Source: Octopus vulgaris
Taxonomy: Eukaryota
Direction of reading: 5' to 3'
Assembly (NCBI GenBank): GCA_951406725.2
Contig: OX597820.1
Span: forward strand, 78,864,001-78,928,000
Length of the DNA: 64,000 nt
Shown here in pieces: positions 12,470-27,169 of this stretch. The first letter of the stretch is position 1, and the number at the start of each line of letters is the position of its first letter. A program made the position numbers and the translations under genes. Below the pieces are notes generated by a model that saw nothing but the letters and a program-made list of their open reading frames with translations, had not been told where the DNA came from and searched no databases.

Positions 12470-13347
12470 TGGTTTTATACAATTCACAAATTTTATTTAA
12501 TCACCTACAAAATGTTTCCCTTGGGAATTCACACACTTCTTATCCCAGCGGCTCTGACTTTGCTGGTAACACCTCTGGAACGCCCTCTCTGGAAAGGTAT
12601 AAAGCTCCGCAATTGCTCCAATCGCGACTCAGATCGCTTCCTTTTTAGTGTGGTTTTCTATTTGGGGAAGAGCCAGAAGTCACTCGGTGCCAAGTCGGGA
12701 GAGTAGGGAACCCGTCGAACAAGTGTTGTGTTGTTCTTGACAAGGAAAGCTTGATTATGAGGACGGAATGAGCGAGCGCATTGTCGTGTTGAAGTTTACC
12801 ACTTTTTTGCTGCCTACATATCCGGCCGCTTTCAACGTACAGCAATTTGAAGGTGACGTATAACTTCCAGGTAATATTCCTTACTGATTGGTGGCGAGCT
12901 GGCAGAAACGTTTGCACGCTGGGCGATATGCTTAGCGATATTTCGTCTGTCTTTATGTTCTCAGTTCAAATTCCGCCGAAGTCGGCATTGCCTTTCATCC
13001 TTTCGTGGTCGATAACTTAAGTACCAGTTGCGTACTGAGGTAGATCTTATCAACTGGCCTCCTCCCGCAAAATTTCGAGCCTTGTGCCAAGAGTAGAAAA
13101 AAAAATATTCCTTGTTGACTGCTTGGCCTTGTAGTACGGTATTCATGACGGGAGTCAAAGAAACAGTTCAGCGTTACATCTACCCGAAGAGCGTAATGTC
13201 CAGAAACTGAAGCGGCCCACCGGCGTAAAAATTTTCACGCATGCGCAGGAAGGATAGTGTCACCGGCTATCCAAAGGATTTTACCCACGCGGCATTAGTT
13301 TTGGCGGAAAAAGATAAAGTTGAATACTTTTTAAACGCACCTCGTAC
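12470..13347 (-). mobile_element. Degenerate mariner transposon with a SINE inserted
   Basis: Motifs QGQAVNKEY, LQHDNALAHS and PYSPDLAPSDFWLFP on -; terminus TACGAGGTGCGTTTAAAAAAG at 13347. The SINE at 12890-13100 lies between degenerate AATATTCCTT..TGA.TG duplications. Confidence 0.8.
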
Positions 13348-13388
13348 AGGCATACATACTAACAATAAATAGCTTTCTTAGTTTCGTG

Positions 13389-13712
13389 CATAGGTTCTCA
13401 AAGTGGGCGCTACCGCCCCCCGGTGGCATTGAGACGGTCCAGTTGGGCGCTGGTGCCTAAGAGGGCGACGAGGTGGGGCAGTAGAGCAAAAGGAGGCGTT
13501 GGGAGGAAGGCAGTGGATTGGGGAGTCTCTAAATTTATTTATAATATTACAGTTTTGTACACAAATTATATAATATATTAAATATCAAATGATTCATAAT
13601 ATATTTAAATTAGTAAAATATAAAATATTTATTTATATATAAAAATAGGGGTGGAGGCGCTGAGGGTATTATGTGGCCATGAGGGGTGACCCAAAAAGTT
13701 TGAGAATCTCTG
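13389..13712. mobile_element. hAT-type MITE
   Basis: TIRs CATAGGTTCTCAAA / TTTGAGAATCTCTG; degenerate 8-bp TSD GTTTCGTG / GTCTAGTG. Confidence 0.7.
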
Positions 13713-13724
13713 GTCTAGTGAGCA

Positions 13725-13858
13725 AATATCTCAGTGACAACCTGGAAAAGCTAAGGTTTACAGAAAAAGAAATCAACTAGCTAACAGACACGTTAGAAAC
13801 ACAGTTTGTAAGCGGAACAGTAAAAATATACAAAACTTTTCTCAAGTTCAAAATGTGA
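13725..13858 (+). mobile_element. R4/Dong-like non-LTR retrotransposon extreme 3' coding remnant
   Basis: Translates NLEKLRFTEKEIN*LTDTLETQFVSGTVKIYKTFLKFKM*, resembling the ..GT.KI.K.FL C-terminus of RLE elements. Confidence 0.4.
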
Positions 13859-14062
13859 CATTGCTTTTATCTACGTTCCAGCGATGGGACTTTTGTATCT
13901 TTGTTAGAAACCAACTCCTTCTTTATTTCAAATAATTTTAAACAGAACAGAACATACACCGAGACGTCTATGGACGTCTTTAGACATCTAAAGTGTATGG
14001 ACACGAAAAGCAATTGTCCGCTTTATTTTTGTAGCATCATCATCAACGTCGTCATCGTCGTA

Positions 14063-14063
14063 A

Positions 14064-14146
<83 letters not shown>
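14063..14146. repeat. (GTA)n trinucleotide microsatellite
   Basis: Directly visible. Confidence 0.95.
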
Positions 14147-15310
14147 ATTGCCGCCTTAATAATCAAGACGGCATTGTTTAAAGTCTCGCTTTTTTATTTT
14201 TAATCCTCCAAAAAGCAGCTGTCGTTCTAGTGAAATCCTCTAAGGCTTAAGGGTATTTTAAAAAGCAAAATGCCTCTAAAGACAAATATGTTACGTTGTC
14301 TCGGGTTTTACTAACACCGAGACATTTCATTTTTCACTAACTCGGTCCAATTCATGCTAACTTAACCAGAGAAGAAAACTCAGCGGGTTAGTTCGACCTG
14401 CTAAAACTAGCAACCAATGAAAATAATATGAATGAACTGCAATAATGTAGAGGATTTTGCAAGGCCGCTCTCTTTCGAAACTTTTTTTCCATACATTATC
14501 CCATGATGCACCTGGACACATTATCAGTGATGTTTCCTGCGGTCATTATGAGTTCCACGTCCTTCAACATCAAATATCCTCACGAAGGTGATCCAGCCAG
14601 AGTCGATCGAGCGCCAGCCTGTGTCCAATTAGCAATACCTCCAGTATCACTGCCCTTTCAATGCCTCACACCCGATTCACAGCCACCTTGAGGCGACCTC
14701 GGTGCCTCCACGGCCATTTTGGTGGTCTTCTACCTTCCGGGCCCTGTGATGCCATCTTTGGTTTCACATGATGTGATTTGCTTGTTTTTTTGTTTTTTTT
14801 GCATATAAAGGCATTTCATTTCTTTTTAATGTGATGTATTTGATGGGAAAGAGCAAAGAGAGAGGGGGAGGGGAAGGGAGAGAGACGGAGAAAGAGAGAG
14901 GGGAGAAAGAGAGAGATACATAGAAAGTGAGAAAGGGGGAGAGACAGAGAAAGAGAAACATAGAGGGAGAGGGAAGGAGAGAGTAAAGAGAGAGAGAGAG
15001 AGAGGGATAGTGAGAAAGGCGAATAGATTCTCGTGATTTGGTTGTTTAATTTATCAAAGATGAAAGAAGTTAAGGTGTTGAGGTTAGGGTGTTGCACGCA
15101 AAATCGCGGTTTCGATTCCCGGCCTATTATAACAACCTAATTAATCCTTTCTACTAAAGGCATGAAAGGCGATGTCGACCTTGGTAGAATTTGAATTCAA
15201 AACATAGTGACGGGCTAAATACCTATTTCTTTACTACCGACAAGGGGCTAAACACCGATATCGACTACTTTTCATCTTTTCGGTATTGATAGAATAAGTA
15301 CCAGTTCAAA

Positions 15311-15699
15311 TGGAGGCGCAATGGCCCAGTGGTTAGGGCAGCGAACTCGCGGTCGTAGGATCGCGGTTTCGATTCCCAGACCGGGCGTTGTGAGTGTTTA
15401 TTGAGCAAAAACACCTAAAGCTCCACGAGGCTCAGGCAGGGATGGTGGTGATCCCTGCTGTACTCTTTCACCACAACTTTCTCTCACTCTTACTTCCTGT
15501 TTCTGTTGTACCTGTATTTCAAAGGGCCGGCCTTGTCACTCTGTGTCACGCTGAATATCCCCGAGAACTACGTTAAGGGTACACGTGTCTGTGGAGTGCT
15601 CAACCACTTACACGTTAATTTCACGAGCAGGCTGTTCCGTTGATCGGATCAACCGGAACCCTCGCCGTCGGAACTGACGGAGTGCTTCCAATCTAAAAA
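15311..15699 (+). mobile_element. Full-length tRNA-derived SINE (third family)
   Basis: A-box TGGCCCAGTGG, B-box GGTTTCGATTCC; perfect 11-bp TSD ACCAGTTCAAA (15300-15310, 15700-15710). Confidence 0.85.
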
Positions 15700-16156
15700 A
15701 CCAGTTCAAAAACAGTCATGCTAAAACAAGTCAGTTCATCTCAAATTCTTTGTAAACTCCCAAATATATCTCCTTCTGTGTGTATATATATATATATATG
15801 TATACTACCAAATATGACTGTTTTTGAACCAATTCCTTTCTGTGTATATATATAGATACTTCCAAACAAACATGATTTTTGATGAAATCCTAATATATAT
15901 ATATATATCTTTGAAATTTTTGTTTAATATTTTCTTATTATTATCAAAGAATGTATATATGTATTGTAATATTTTGTGACAACCAGTACTTAACACAACA
16001 AAGCTTTTACAAATCTATCTTTTCATTTTACTTTTGACAATCTTTTTCTTAAAAAAAAGTGAAACCGGTCAAGTGAATAAACATCTTTAAAATTGCATTT
16101 TCAAGCCTTCTCTCTTATATATTTCCACTCGTGCGGTACCTTACAATTTCACTTTG

Positions 16157-16217
<61 letters not shown>

Positions 16218-16579
16218 ATTACTGGGGTCGATTCTCTGGGCTAAAAATTCTTCAAAGCGGTGCCCCAGCTTGGCCGCAATCTAATGAGTGAAACAAGTAA
16301 CAGATAAATATCTTTTATCTTTTCAACCTGCATTAAATCGCTTTTTAATCCAGAGAGCTGTCCTCGTCCTTCTCTTTTATTCTATTTTATCTTTGTTCTC
16401 TCTCTCTCTCCTTCTCTCTCCATCTCTGTCTCGCTCTATCTCCTCCACTTCCTCCTCCTCCTCTTTAATGATTCTTAAAATATGACAGCTGCTTCTGGAG
16501 GATTAAAAGAAACAAAGGCTTTAAACAATGGCATCTTGATGATTACGATGACGAAGGAAGAGGAGAGGGAGGAGGAGGA

Positions 16580-16848
16580 TTCTGGTGGTGGTCGTCGTCG
16601 TCATGGTTGTGGTCGTGGTGGTGATGGTGTTGGTGGTGGTGATGGTCATGGTGGTGGTGGTGGTGATGGTCGTGGTGGTGGTAGTGGTGGTGGTGGTGGT
16701 GGTGGTGGCAGCGGCGGCGGCGGCGTCGGTGGTGGTGGTGGTGGGGGGGGAGGCTAATGAGGATGATGAAATTATAATGATTACGATTATCATGGTGGCG
16801 GCGGCGGCGGTGATGGTGATGATGATGATGATAATGATGATGATGGTA
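16580..16848. repeat. (GGT)n/(GAT)n low-complexity tract
   Basis: Directly visible G-rich trinucleotide repeats. Confidence 0.9.
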
Positions 16849-18299
16849 TGTCGGAACAGCAAATAGCGCGAAGGAGTTGTGATGGATTATATAAATCCAG
16901 CATTATCCATTTTTTGTCTCTTTATTTGCCTTAAAGGGTTTAATCGAGAAAATTGACCCCAGAACTTAATATTTTAAGTTTGGTACTTATTGTGTTATTC
17001 TTTTATGCTGAACCGCTATGTTACGGGAACGTAAACAAACAAACACCGGTTGTCAGTCAGTGAGGAAAGGGAAAAAGACACGAAGATACACACTCACACA
17101 CACACACACACACATATTCTTTTCTTCTTTTACTTGTTTCAGTCATTTTGACTGGCCATGCTGGAGCACTGCCTTTAGTCGAACAAATCGTACCCAGGAC
17201 TTATTCTTTGCAAGCCTAATACTTATTATATCGGTTTCTTTTGCCGAACCGCTAAGTTATGGGGACGTAAACACACCAGGTGGTAGTGGTGGTAATGGTG
17301 GTGGTGAGGGTGGGCGTGGTTGAGGCGGTGATGGTAGTAGTCGTTTCTTGCAGTTGTTATTGTGGTGGTGATGGTGGTGGTGGTGGTGGTGGGCCGTGGT
17401 TACAATGTCCTCCTTATCACATGATTGGTTAATCTTTCCTTGAAACCCTTAGGGCTGGTTTAGTTTCATAAAATCTGCTCTTTTAGCTCCGGTTATTCGT
17501 TAACGTTTTAAGAAAATCAAAGTCAAAATCGTTTTCCTCATTTATTTATTAGGAATTGTCTCCACTACCACTACTACTGCCATCCCAGCCGCCGCCATCC
17601 TGTAAATTGAGGCTGGTAGAGTCAAGGATCTTGTCTTAGAGACAGGAAGAACGAATAAACAGGTGGGGAACGAACTCACAACCCTGTAGAACAAGCTTGC
17701 GAGAATAGCCGTAGCTACAAGCCCCGGGATTCCACACTGTCTTTCTTTTGTCTTTTATTTATCAGTCATGACTGCGGTCATGCTGGGGCACCACCTTGAA
17801 TCTTAAGCCCAATGGATCGACTCCAGTACTAATTTTTTTTCCAGCCTGGTGCTTATTTTATCGGTACCTTTTGCCGAACCGCAAAGTTACGGGGATGCAG
17901 ACACACCATCACCGGCCGTCAAACAGTGGTGGAGGGGCAAACACAAAGACAGACACACAAATATTTGCATATGCATCTCACCTTCTTCGCCCACTCATTC
18001 CTGGAAGGCTCGTGGGGGCAGAGTCCTCAAGCACGCCTTCCATAGGGTCCTTTCAGAAGCAGCCAGCTCCAGGTAATCCGACTGGGACCCCAAGCTAGAC
18101 CAACGGAGCATATGCATGTTATCCAACCATTTTGCTCGTGGTGAACTCCTGGGCCTCCTCTCAGTTGCTTTTGCTCATAAAACCAGTCCAACGATTCTTT
18201 TCTGAGACATTCTTACTTAGAGCCGGATTAAGACGCATCGAGGCCCTAAGCACTTAAAAGGTTTTAGTACCCCTATATGTATATGTAATTCAAAATATA

Positions 18300-18668
18300 A
18301 ACAATAAGAGCACTCGGAGAGCGCAAACCTCCGCCAAGGCAACACCAACGTCGTCTCAACGATTAACCGGAGATGATTTTTTAAAATGAGAATATCTGAA
18401 ATAAACTCGACTGCTCTCACAAACGAGAATGCTAAAAATGAACCCGACCGCTCTCAAGAAAAAAAAAAAAAAAGAAACAAAAAACGAAAAATAATACAGA
18501 ATCCTAGTCCGGTACTGGATCGATCCCAAAATCTAATTCGTTCGTACCAGTCACGTGGCCATCAGAAAGTTTTATCTGAATCCATCCAGCGGTTCTTGAG
18601 ATATCTTGACCGCAGACAAACAGACACGACTGAAAACAATACCTCCGCCTTCGCTAAGGCAGAGGTAA
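18300..18668 (+). mobile_element. HINE/DINE-1-like element, second copy
   Basis: Collinear with 11852-12205; 3' hairpin ACCTCCGCCTTCGCTAAGGCAGAGGT. Confidence 0.65.
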
Positions 18669-20019
18669 TAATAATAAACTATAAAATATATTTTTATTTT
18701 TCAAAATGGAACAAAGATAACAGCAAGAAAGAAAATAATATTTATATTCATATACTTCCACTTTATTTATATTTGAAAAGTCTTCTCCTATTGCTTTAAA
18801 CTGCAAAGGTTTTGATCAGACCATCAAAAGTAATCTTACGTAACACATCTACTTCTATACGTAGTAGAGATAAGACATGTTATTTCAGCAAGTTTAAAGC
18901 GATTTCTTTTGCCCTGTAATCTATTTACCTTTCCTGTTGTGCCCACCTCCCTTGATATTCTGAGCATGTTTCTGTTTTTGGGGTTTTCTTTTTTTTTTCT
19001 GCCTAATGGTTAATCCTGCGTTGTTCTTACCGCGTGATCGTAGTATCGAACCTGTGATCTATCAATTAGGAGAAGTATATATTTCTTTACTGCCCAGAAG
19101 GGGCTAAACATAGAGGGGACAAACAAGGACAGACGAAGGGATTGAGTCGATTATATCGACCCCAGTGCGAAACTGGTACTTTATTTATCGACCCCGAAAG
19201 GATGAAAGGCAAAGTTGACCTCGGCGGAATTTGAACTCAGAACGTAACGACAGACGAAATACCGCTAAGCACTTCGCCCGGCGCGCTAGCGTGTCTGCCA
19301 GCGGCTCTACCTGATGTGCCTCGCTGAGCTCCAAGCTACGCCCTCTGGCGAACGACATTTACTCGACAAGCGGTGAGGGCAAGCACAAATACAAAAACAT
19401 ACTAACATACACATATACGACGGGTTTCCACACAACTTCCGTCAACCAAATTCATTCACAAGGCAGTGGTCAGCCCAAGGTGTGGAACGGAACCCGAAAT
19501 CACATGGTTAAAAAGCGATCTTCTTAACCACACAGCCAAACTTGGGCCAATATAGAATTTTAAAAAAAACAAAAAAAAAATAATAATAGATGCAGATGTG
19601 GCTGTGTGGTAAGAAGTTTGTTCCCCAACCACATGGTCCCAAGTTCTGTCCTGCTGTGTGACACCTTGAGCAAATGTCTTCTACTATAGCTTCGGGTTAA
19701 CTAAAGACTTATGAGTAGATTTGGCAGACGGAAACTGAAAGAAGCCTGTCGTGTGTATATATATATATATATATATACGTGTGTGTGTGTATGACTATTT
19801 GTCCCCCGCTACTACTTGACAACCGGTATTGCTATGTTGGTGTGTTTACGAACCGTAAGCTAGGGGTTCGGCAAAGGAGACCGATAGAGTAAATACCAGG
19901 GTTTCTTTTTCTTTAAAAAAAAAAAAAAGAGAGGTACTAGATTTGATTTAATTGACTTAAAATGGTTCGACGTAGTGCCCAAATATGGCCGCAGTTTAAT
20001 AACTCAAATAAAAGTTTTA

Positions 20020-20092
20020 CGACCACGACGAGACTCGAACTCGCAATCTTCTGATTCGAAGTCAGACGCCTTATCCATTAGGCCACGCGGCC
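20020..20092 (-). tRNA. tRNA-Arg (anticodon TCG)
   Basis: GGCCGCGTGGCCTAATGGATAAGGCGTCTGACTTCGAATCAGAAGATTGCGAGTTCGAGTCTCGTCGTGGTCG: 73 nt, all stems pair, A and B boxes intact, TTTT terminator 6 nt downstream (20010-20013). Confidence 0.93.
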
Positions 20093-20802
20093 AGTCGAGC
20101 GATTAACGCATTTTATGTAAGTTAGCACAAACGTAATGTCCTCATAGTGAAGTTAGAGATTCTTCGCAGTGAAAATAAATTTCAGCGTATGCGTTAAGAA
20201 TCAACTGTTTTCATTGAAAACGGAAGAGAATAGACTTTTGTGATGATCTATGGCGAAATGTTTTTTAGTCACTGGTAAATGGGGTGAATAGGTGGGAATT
20301 ATGATATTTTGAAGTAGCTTTTACCAGGAGTCGAAATCCTCAAGGTTGTTAAGATAACAGGGTAACGCTGCTAGCAGGATAGACAGGAAGGAAGATGAGA
20401 AGAAATAAGATAAAACACGTTAAGATACAATGAAGTGGGGGGGGAGATGAAATAAAATAAAATAATGTAAAACAATAAACAGGTGGTAGAGTACAAAATT
20501 TAATTTTCTGTACTAAACTCCAGCTTGTTGCCTGAGACACACCAATACATTATCTACGGTTGTTAAGGACTGGATTTTAAAGAATACTTTCAAATCTATA
20601 CTCTTTTTACTCTTTTACTTGTTTCAGTCATTTGATTGCGGCCATGCTGGAGCACCGCCTTTAGTCGAGCAAATCGACCCCAGGACATATTCTTTGTAAG
20701 CCTAGTACTTATTCTATCGGTTTATTTTGCCGAACCGCTAAGTTACGGGGACGTAAACACAACAGCATCAGTTGTCAAGCGATGTTGGGGGGACAAACAC
20801 AG

Positions 20803-20837
<35 letters not shown>

Positions 20838-20840
20838 AAT

Positions 20841-21178
20841 CAAGGGTCTTCGACCATTTTTTGTCTATGCACCCCTTTCATTACTATTTTATTCTAGTGG
20901 AGCCCAGTAGCCATTTGATGCTTAAAAAATAGTTTTATAGAAATGGCTTTCAAAATTCCTATTTTGTTTTTTCATTCCCTGTGTAGGCTGAACCATGTAA
21001 AATATTAGAGAAACAAACCCAGCTGTTTCTTGCAAAACATACCAAAGCAAGATTTTTTAAGGGTCCTTAAAAAACTATTGCGGATACCCAATTTACTATC
21101 TTGTTATGTTGACACCCCACCCCCCCAAAAATCTTATATGGACCCTTAGGGGCCATGTGGAAGCCGTTTGAACCACTG
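20841..21178 (-). mobile_element. hAT-type MITE related to 45885-46328
   Basis: Terminus CAGTGGTTCAAAC on -; internal GGGTCCATATAAGATT shared with the 45885 element. Confidence 0.55.
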
Positions 21179-24100
21179 CTATTAATAATAGCAAGGAAAT
21201 ATAGGGTTGAAAAACCTTTTTTTTGTATAGAAAAAGTCGAAGGCTTCCCGTGGGCACATTTTAAACTTTTACTGTCATTTTTATCATGGTAGAATTCTGG
21301 ATTTCGAAGCATACAGCTATAAATAACAGCATGTAAATGCTTGATTGAAAAACCCTTATGGGTTGGAAAAAATTGAAGGCTGCCCGTTTGGACTCCAATC
21401 CACATTTTTGACTTTTTCTCTTCAAAAAGGTTTTTGAACTCCATATTTTTCACGCTGTTATCTATAGCTTTATATGTGTGCTTCGCGGTCCACCATAGCA
21501 AAAACTGAAGTTTATAAAACGAAAGTTTATAAAATGTTTATTTTATCGTAATATTTTATTATTTTAGGTGGAGTTCTTTTGTTTATCGTTTTGGAAATTT
21601 GGATAAATCTTTTAATTTCTTACGAAAAATAAGTATTAAAATAATTAGAGTGTGGGAGAGCGAATTTGGACGAATTTCTCTGACAACTCCTTTAAGGCAA
21701 GCTGAAGGCCACTGTGTAGTAATTTGACCTGCTAGAAATTATAGCTAAAACTCAAACTACACCATAACTTTTATTTAAATCCTTTTTTTTAATGGAAAAT
21801 CATTTGAATAAATGCAATCCTGGATGCATCGGTGTCCGAGAGAGAGAGGAGGAGTGGAGACAGAATGGGAGGGGAGAGAGACTAGTCATGGCTCGAGTGC
21901 CTTCTTTGGTCGTGGGTCTTCTGGGTCACGATTGATTTGGGACCTAAGCAACGACTAATGGACTTTCGCTGTCCTCTTTCTTCTACTCCCTTCGAAAATT
22001 TTAAATAAATAAATAGAAGCAGAAAGAAGTCAATGCAGCCTTGCCTGTCCCTGTCCCTCTTTGCCCTCTTCCCCGTCACCAACGCAACATACAGCTACAA
22101 TGTCATCATCACTATTATCAGATACAGCAAAACTTTATAGTCTTTCTCCCCCACCACCACCACCACTACTTTCCTTTCGCCTCTTTCTCAACGTCGTTGG
22201 CATACTCATACACACACACAGACGTTTATACAAAGGCACACATACGTACACATGACAGCACGCACACACGCATATACAAAGGCACACATACGTACGCATA
22301 AGCGCACGCACACTTGGATATACAAAGGCACACACACGTACACATAAGCGCACATCCACACACACAATAAGCTTTCTTCCTCACTTTGTCACTTTTTTTC
22401 CTCCGCCGCCTCTTCCACCATACACAAATGTCGCTGGCATACACATACGCACTCATACACACAGATACATACATGCGCGCGCGCACTCTCACAAACCAGT
22501 TATTCCCCCTTCCTCTCATACTTTCTCTCTGGTGACACTACTCCAATACTACTACTACTACTATAACGACCCAATGAAGAAGTCTTATGTGGTCGCGCGA
22601 AATGCTAGAAACAGCAGCAAACTATCTTAAATAACATTCATCGTCATATAACAGGAAAGGATAGATTAGACAATATAAACTTTGATAAACTTTAGAAAGA
22701 TATGTTTATAAAAGATGAAATACGTTGCTTGATTAAGATCTCGCCGGGGTTAAAACAAAAACAACAAATTTAAAAGAGGTTTCTTAATTTGTTTGTTTTT
22801 TTCTTGAGCCCCAAGACTCATTTGGCCGGTTACTCGTTTTCCATAGCTTATACATGACCAAGATCGTAACATTTCTGGAGAAAGGAACACCGGTCCGTTG
22901 CAGGATTCAAAGCCAGCAATTTTGAGAGGAATGACAGGTCGACTACATCGGCTCCAGTACTTGTTTAGAACTCTTGTCTATCGACTCCTAAAGGATTAAA
23001 GACAAAGGCGACTGCGGCGGGATTTGAACTCAGAACGTAAAGAGTTGAAAGAAACATTTTGTCCGATGTGTTAACGATTCTGTCGATTCGCTGTCCAAGT
23101 AGAGAGAAGAAATTAAATATTGATTCAATTCTAGTTGACAACTTATTTAGAAGTGCTGGATCTTGTTAAATTTCTTCCAACCACTTTTAATGTTTAAAAT
23201 TTCCAACAATTATAATTTATTTTATATGGAAGTTTGCCTGCCGATTCGCATTCTTCCTTTCTCTTTTTTTTTTTTTTTATGGAAATCAATAATTTCTAAA
23301 ATAATAAATAATTAAGTTACATCGTTGTAGAAAAAAAATTTTTAAAGTCTGGTGGAAATTGATACTTCAAGTAGTTGGAAGAATTTTAAGATCTGAATCG
23401 TTTATTTTATTAACCCGAGTGAATTAAAAGAAAGAAAAAGAAAGTACTTTCGGCTCTTGTGCGATTTGAACTCAAAGTCTCGTCTCTCTGATTCTACAAT
23501 AAGCTTTCCTTCTCCACTTCGTCACTTATCCTCTTTCTTCTACTCCATAAGTTTACCACCACCACCATCACCATCACAATACCCCAGTCAGCTGACCTTA
23601 CTCCTCCTTTTACACATCTTTCCTCACCCCTCTATCTTTCCTCTTCCTTCCTTTCTTTCTTTCCTTTTCATCTTCTCCCTCCACCAACGTCGATAAAATG
23701 TGACCTTCTTCCCTTCACTTTCTTCTTCACCATGGATAACGTCATCTGTCTTAATCTCTTCTCCTCTTTCTCGTTTACTTCTTCTTTTCCACTTTCTTCC
23801 TCCTCCTTTTCCTCTTTCTTTCCCCTGCTCCTCGGACTTTTTCCATTCCAAAACATTAAAAAACCAAAACAGCATCACTATCGCCACCATAGCCACCACC
23901 GTCGCCATTAATACTGTCACTACCTCCAATCCTCATCATCACCATTATCATTACTACTAACACTGCCACCACTACCATCACCACCACAATCCAACACAAC
24001 CACCACCACTACCACCAAAGTGACAGTCAGCCAACAGAGTTTTATTAACACTAACCCCACTCTCTCTGATCTATCCATCTATCATATCAACCTCTCTCTC

Positions 24101-24339
24101 TTTCTCACGTTTCATCCTCCTTCTTCCCCTCACTGGCTGAGTAGCACTTATATATATGTATATATATATACTCCCCTTCCCTAACGTGTCATATATATTT
24201 GCCTCTCTCTCTTTTCCTCTCCCTCGGCGATACCCCCGCCACATCTCTCAAATAGTGTCGTCTGCTTTTATAACATTCTCTCTCTCTTTCTGGTTTTCTG
24301 TCTCTTTTTTCCCTCCTTCTATCTTATCTACCAATCTCT

Positions 24340-25007
24340 TTCTTTTCTTTTTTCGCTTTTATCCTCCTCCTCTTCCTTCACCTCGGTTGATAAACAACGA
24401 TACACTCCCTCCTATCCGAATGTGACAACACTATACTCCACCATCTCCGCTTCTCCTTCTCTTTCACTCCATCTTCCGCTCTGTCCTTCTCTTTCTCTTT
24501 CACTCTATCTTCCCCTTTCCATCTAACTCTCTTATCTACCTGTCCCTTTCTTGCTTTTTTTATTCTCCTCTTCCTTCTCCTCACTGGATAAGCAGCAGTG
24601 ATATATCCTCCACCTTTATCATATAGCGTTCCTGTTACTCTTTCTCCCTTCTCCCTCCTTCCACCTATCATCTTTCTATCTGTCACTTTCTAGCCTTCAT
24701 CCTCCACACCTATCATACAGTTGTTCCTTTTACTCTTCTCTTTCTTTCTCTTCCTTTACTCTCTTTACTTATTTATGTTACTTTCTCACCTTTATCCTCC
24801 CCGTTCCTTCTCATTAGGTAAACAGTAAGGTTACATTCCCCACCCCTCTCATATAACACTGCCTGCTTTAACCCTTCTCTCTCTGTCTTTCTTCCTCTCT
24901 TTCCCTCTATCGCTTTCTCGCTTTTATCCTCCCCTTCCTTCTCAGTAAACGGTAATGATACCCTCCCCCTCCTCTATCATATTAATATTGCTTGCTTTAA
25001 CCCCCCC

Positions 25008-25040
<33 letters not shown>

Positions 25041-25165
25041 ACTCTGATTTTCCTCCTCCCCCTTTCTTTTTATCATCTATCTGTCATTCATTTCCTCGCT
25101 TTTATCCTCCTTCTCCTCAATAGATAAACAGCAGCGAGCACCACCCCCCTTCCCTTGTCATATGG
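24340..25165. repeat. Degenerate pyrimidine-rich tandem repeat, about 5 units
   Basis: Recurring GCTTTTATCCTCC..CCTTCTC..TAAACA..GATA..CCCC units near 24351, 24555, 24781, 24913 and 25092. Confidence 0.6.
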
Positions 25166-25464
25166 GCAACAACAACAACGTTACCATCACAACCGTTTAT
25201 ACCCTGCCATTGTGTTGCTGGTTCTTTCCCCTTTCAGCTGGAAATGGCAGGTGACAACCTCCGTTTTTTGTTTGTTTTTGCTTTTTATTTTAGTGGGTTT
25301 TTCTTCAGTTTTTATTATTATTATTTTTTTATAACCACGGCTCATTCTAAACAATAGCAGCCTCTATATAAATTTCATTTGTCCCAACAACGTCTGAAAA
25401 GTCATAACGAAAAGTTGTGTTTGTATATAGCAATCAAGTTTTATATAACGACATACACCTACTG

Positions 25465-26218
<754 letters not shown>

Positions 26219-26814
26219 AGCATTATTACCAATAGCAGTAAAACAATCTGCTTTTGTTTCTAAGAGGAAGCCTTCGCCACCATTCCACTACCACAACGAC
26301 CGTCAGATTTTGAAAGGAGAATGGAATGTTTAGGACTCTGGGAGGCTTTTATCAGTGTTGATGAAATAAAAGGGTTAAATTACCAAATTATAACTAGTTG
26401 ATTAACAATAAAGATTTTCTCCTTTCCTTTTAAGCAAGATTAAGTTTTAATGCACAACAAAGATGTCCTTTGGTTTAATTTCAGATCCAGAAAATTTTGA
26501 AAATATAAAAAAAGTTGGTTCCTTTACACTTGTGAAGTTATGATTTACTTGACAAGTTATTAAGAAACAAAGTTCCAGGTGGAGAGAGAGAGCATTAAAT
26601 TGTAATTATGATGAAATAGAAGTGATGATCATGATTGGAACACTTTAAAAAAAAAGATGAGTATTTAGAAAAAACAGATTACCAGATTGCATATAGCCTG
26701 ATGGCTTGTTTAAAACATTCAGCATTCTTGAACCACCGTTTGAAACAGAATTCTTTTAAGAAGAAATTTTTTAAAATTAAATTTCATCAACTCAGTTGTA
26801 ATCCTGACCATAAA

Positions 26815-26897
26815 TTCTAAACCCAACATTAAACCCTAATCCTAACCCAAAGCCCTAACCCTAAATTTTAATACTAAACCCTAAACCCATAACCTTA
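26815..26897 (+). repeat. Degenerate (CCCTAA)n telomere-like tract
   Basis: AAACCCTAATCCTAACCCAAAGCCCTAACCCTAAA and similar. Confidence 0.6.
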
Positions 26898-27169
26898 AAA
26901 TCACTCCACCAGCATTGATTTCCTTGCAATTTAATGCACATTATTGTATGCAAAAAGATCAACCACCTTATTTTGAAAATGTTCAACTCAGAGCTTCAAT
27001 CCTGTTATGTACCAGAATAATAGGGATTTTCTGACATAGTTGTAGAACCATAGATTTGCTGCAGAGGAAAGTGAAATTGTCTTCAATTTCATTGAATTTC
27101 AATGCATTTCTGGTAATAATTTTATCAACTCCCTTACCCATGAGATTCCAAGTTAACTTAATTTGCGTA

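Noticed and set aside
16482-16866. Gly-, Val- or Thr-rich ORFs
   Set aside because: Products of (GGT)n/(GAT)n repeats.
21067-21501. 144-aa ORF on -
   Set aside because: No recognisable motif; it runs into a hAT MITE and has no supported splice context.
25238-25250. Possible 13-nt FoxN microexon (ctttcag|CTGGAAATGGCAG|gtgac)
   Set aside because: Splice-like signals only; the peptide does not match the expected forkhead sequence, so it cannot be supported without RNA data.
26815-26897. Chromosome-end or fusion signature
   Set aside because: Short, degenerate, single orientation; no head-to-head TTAGGG arrays.
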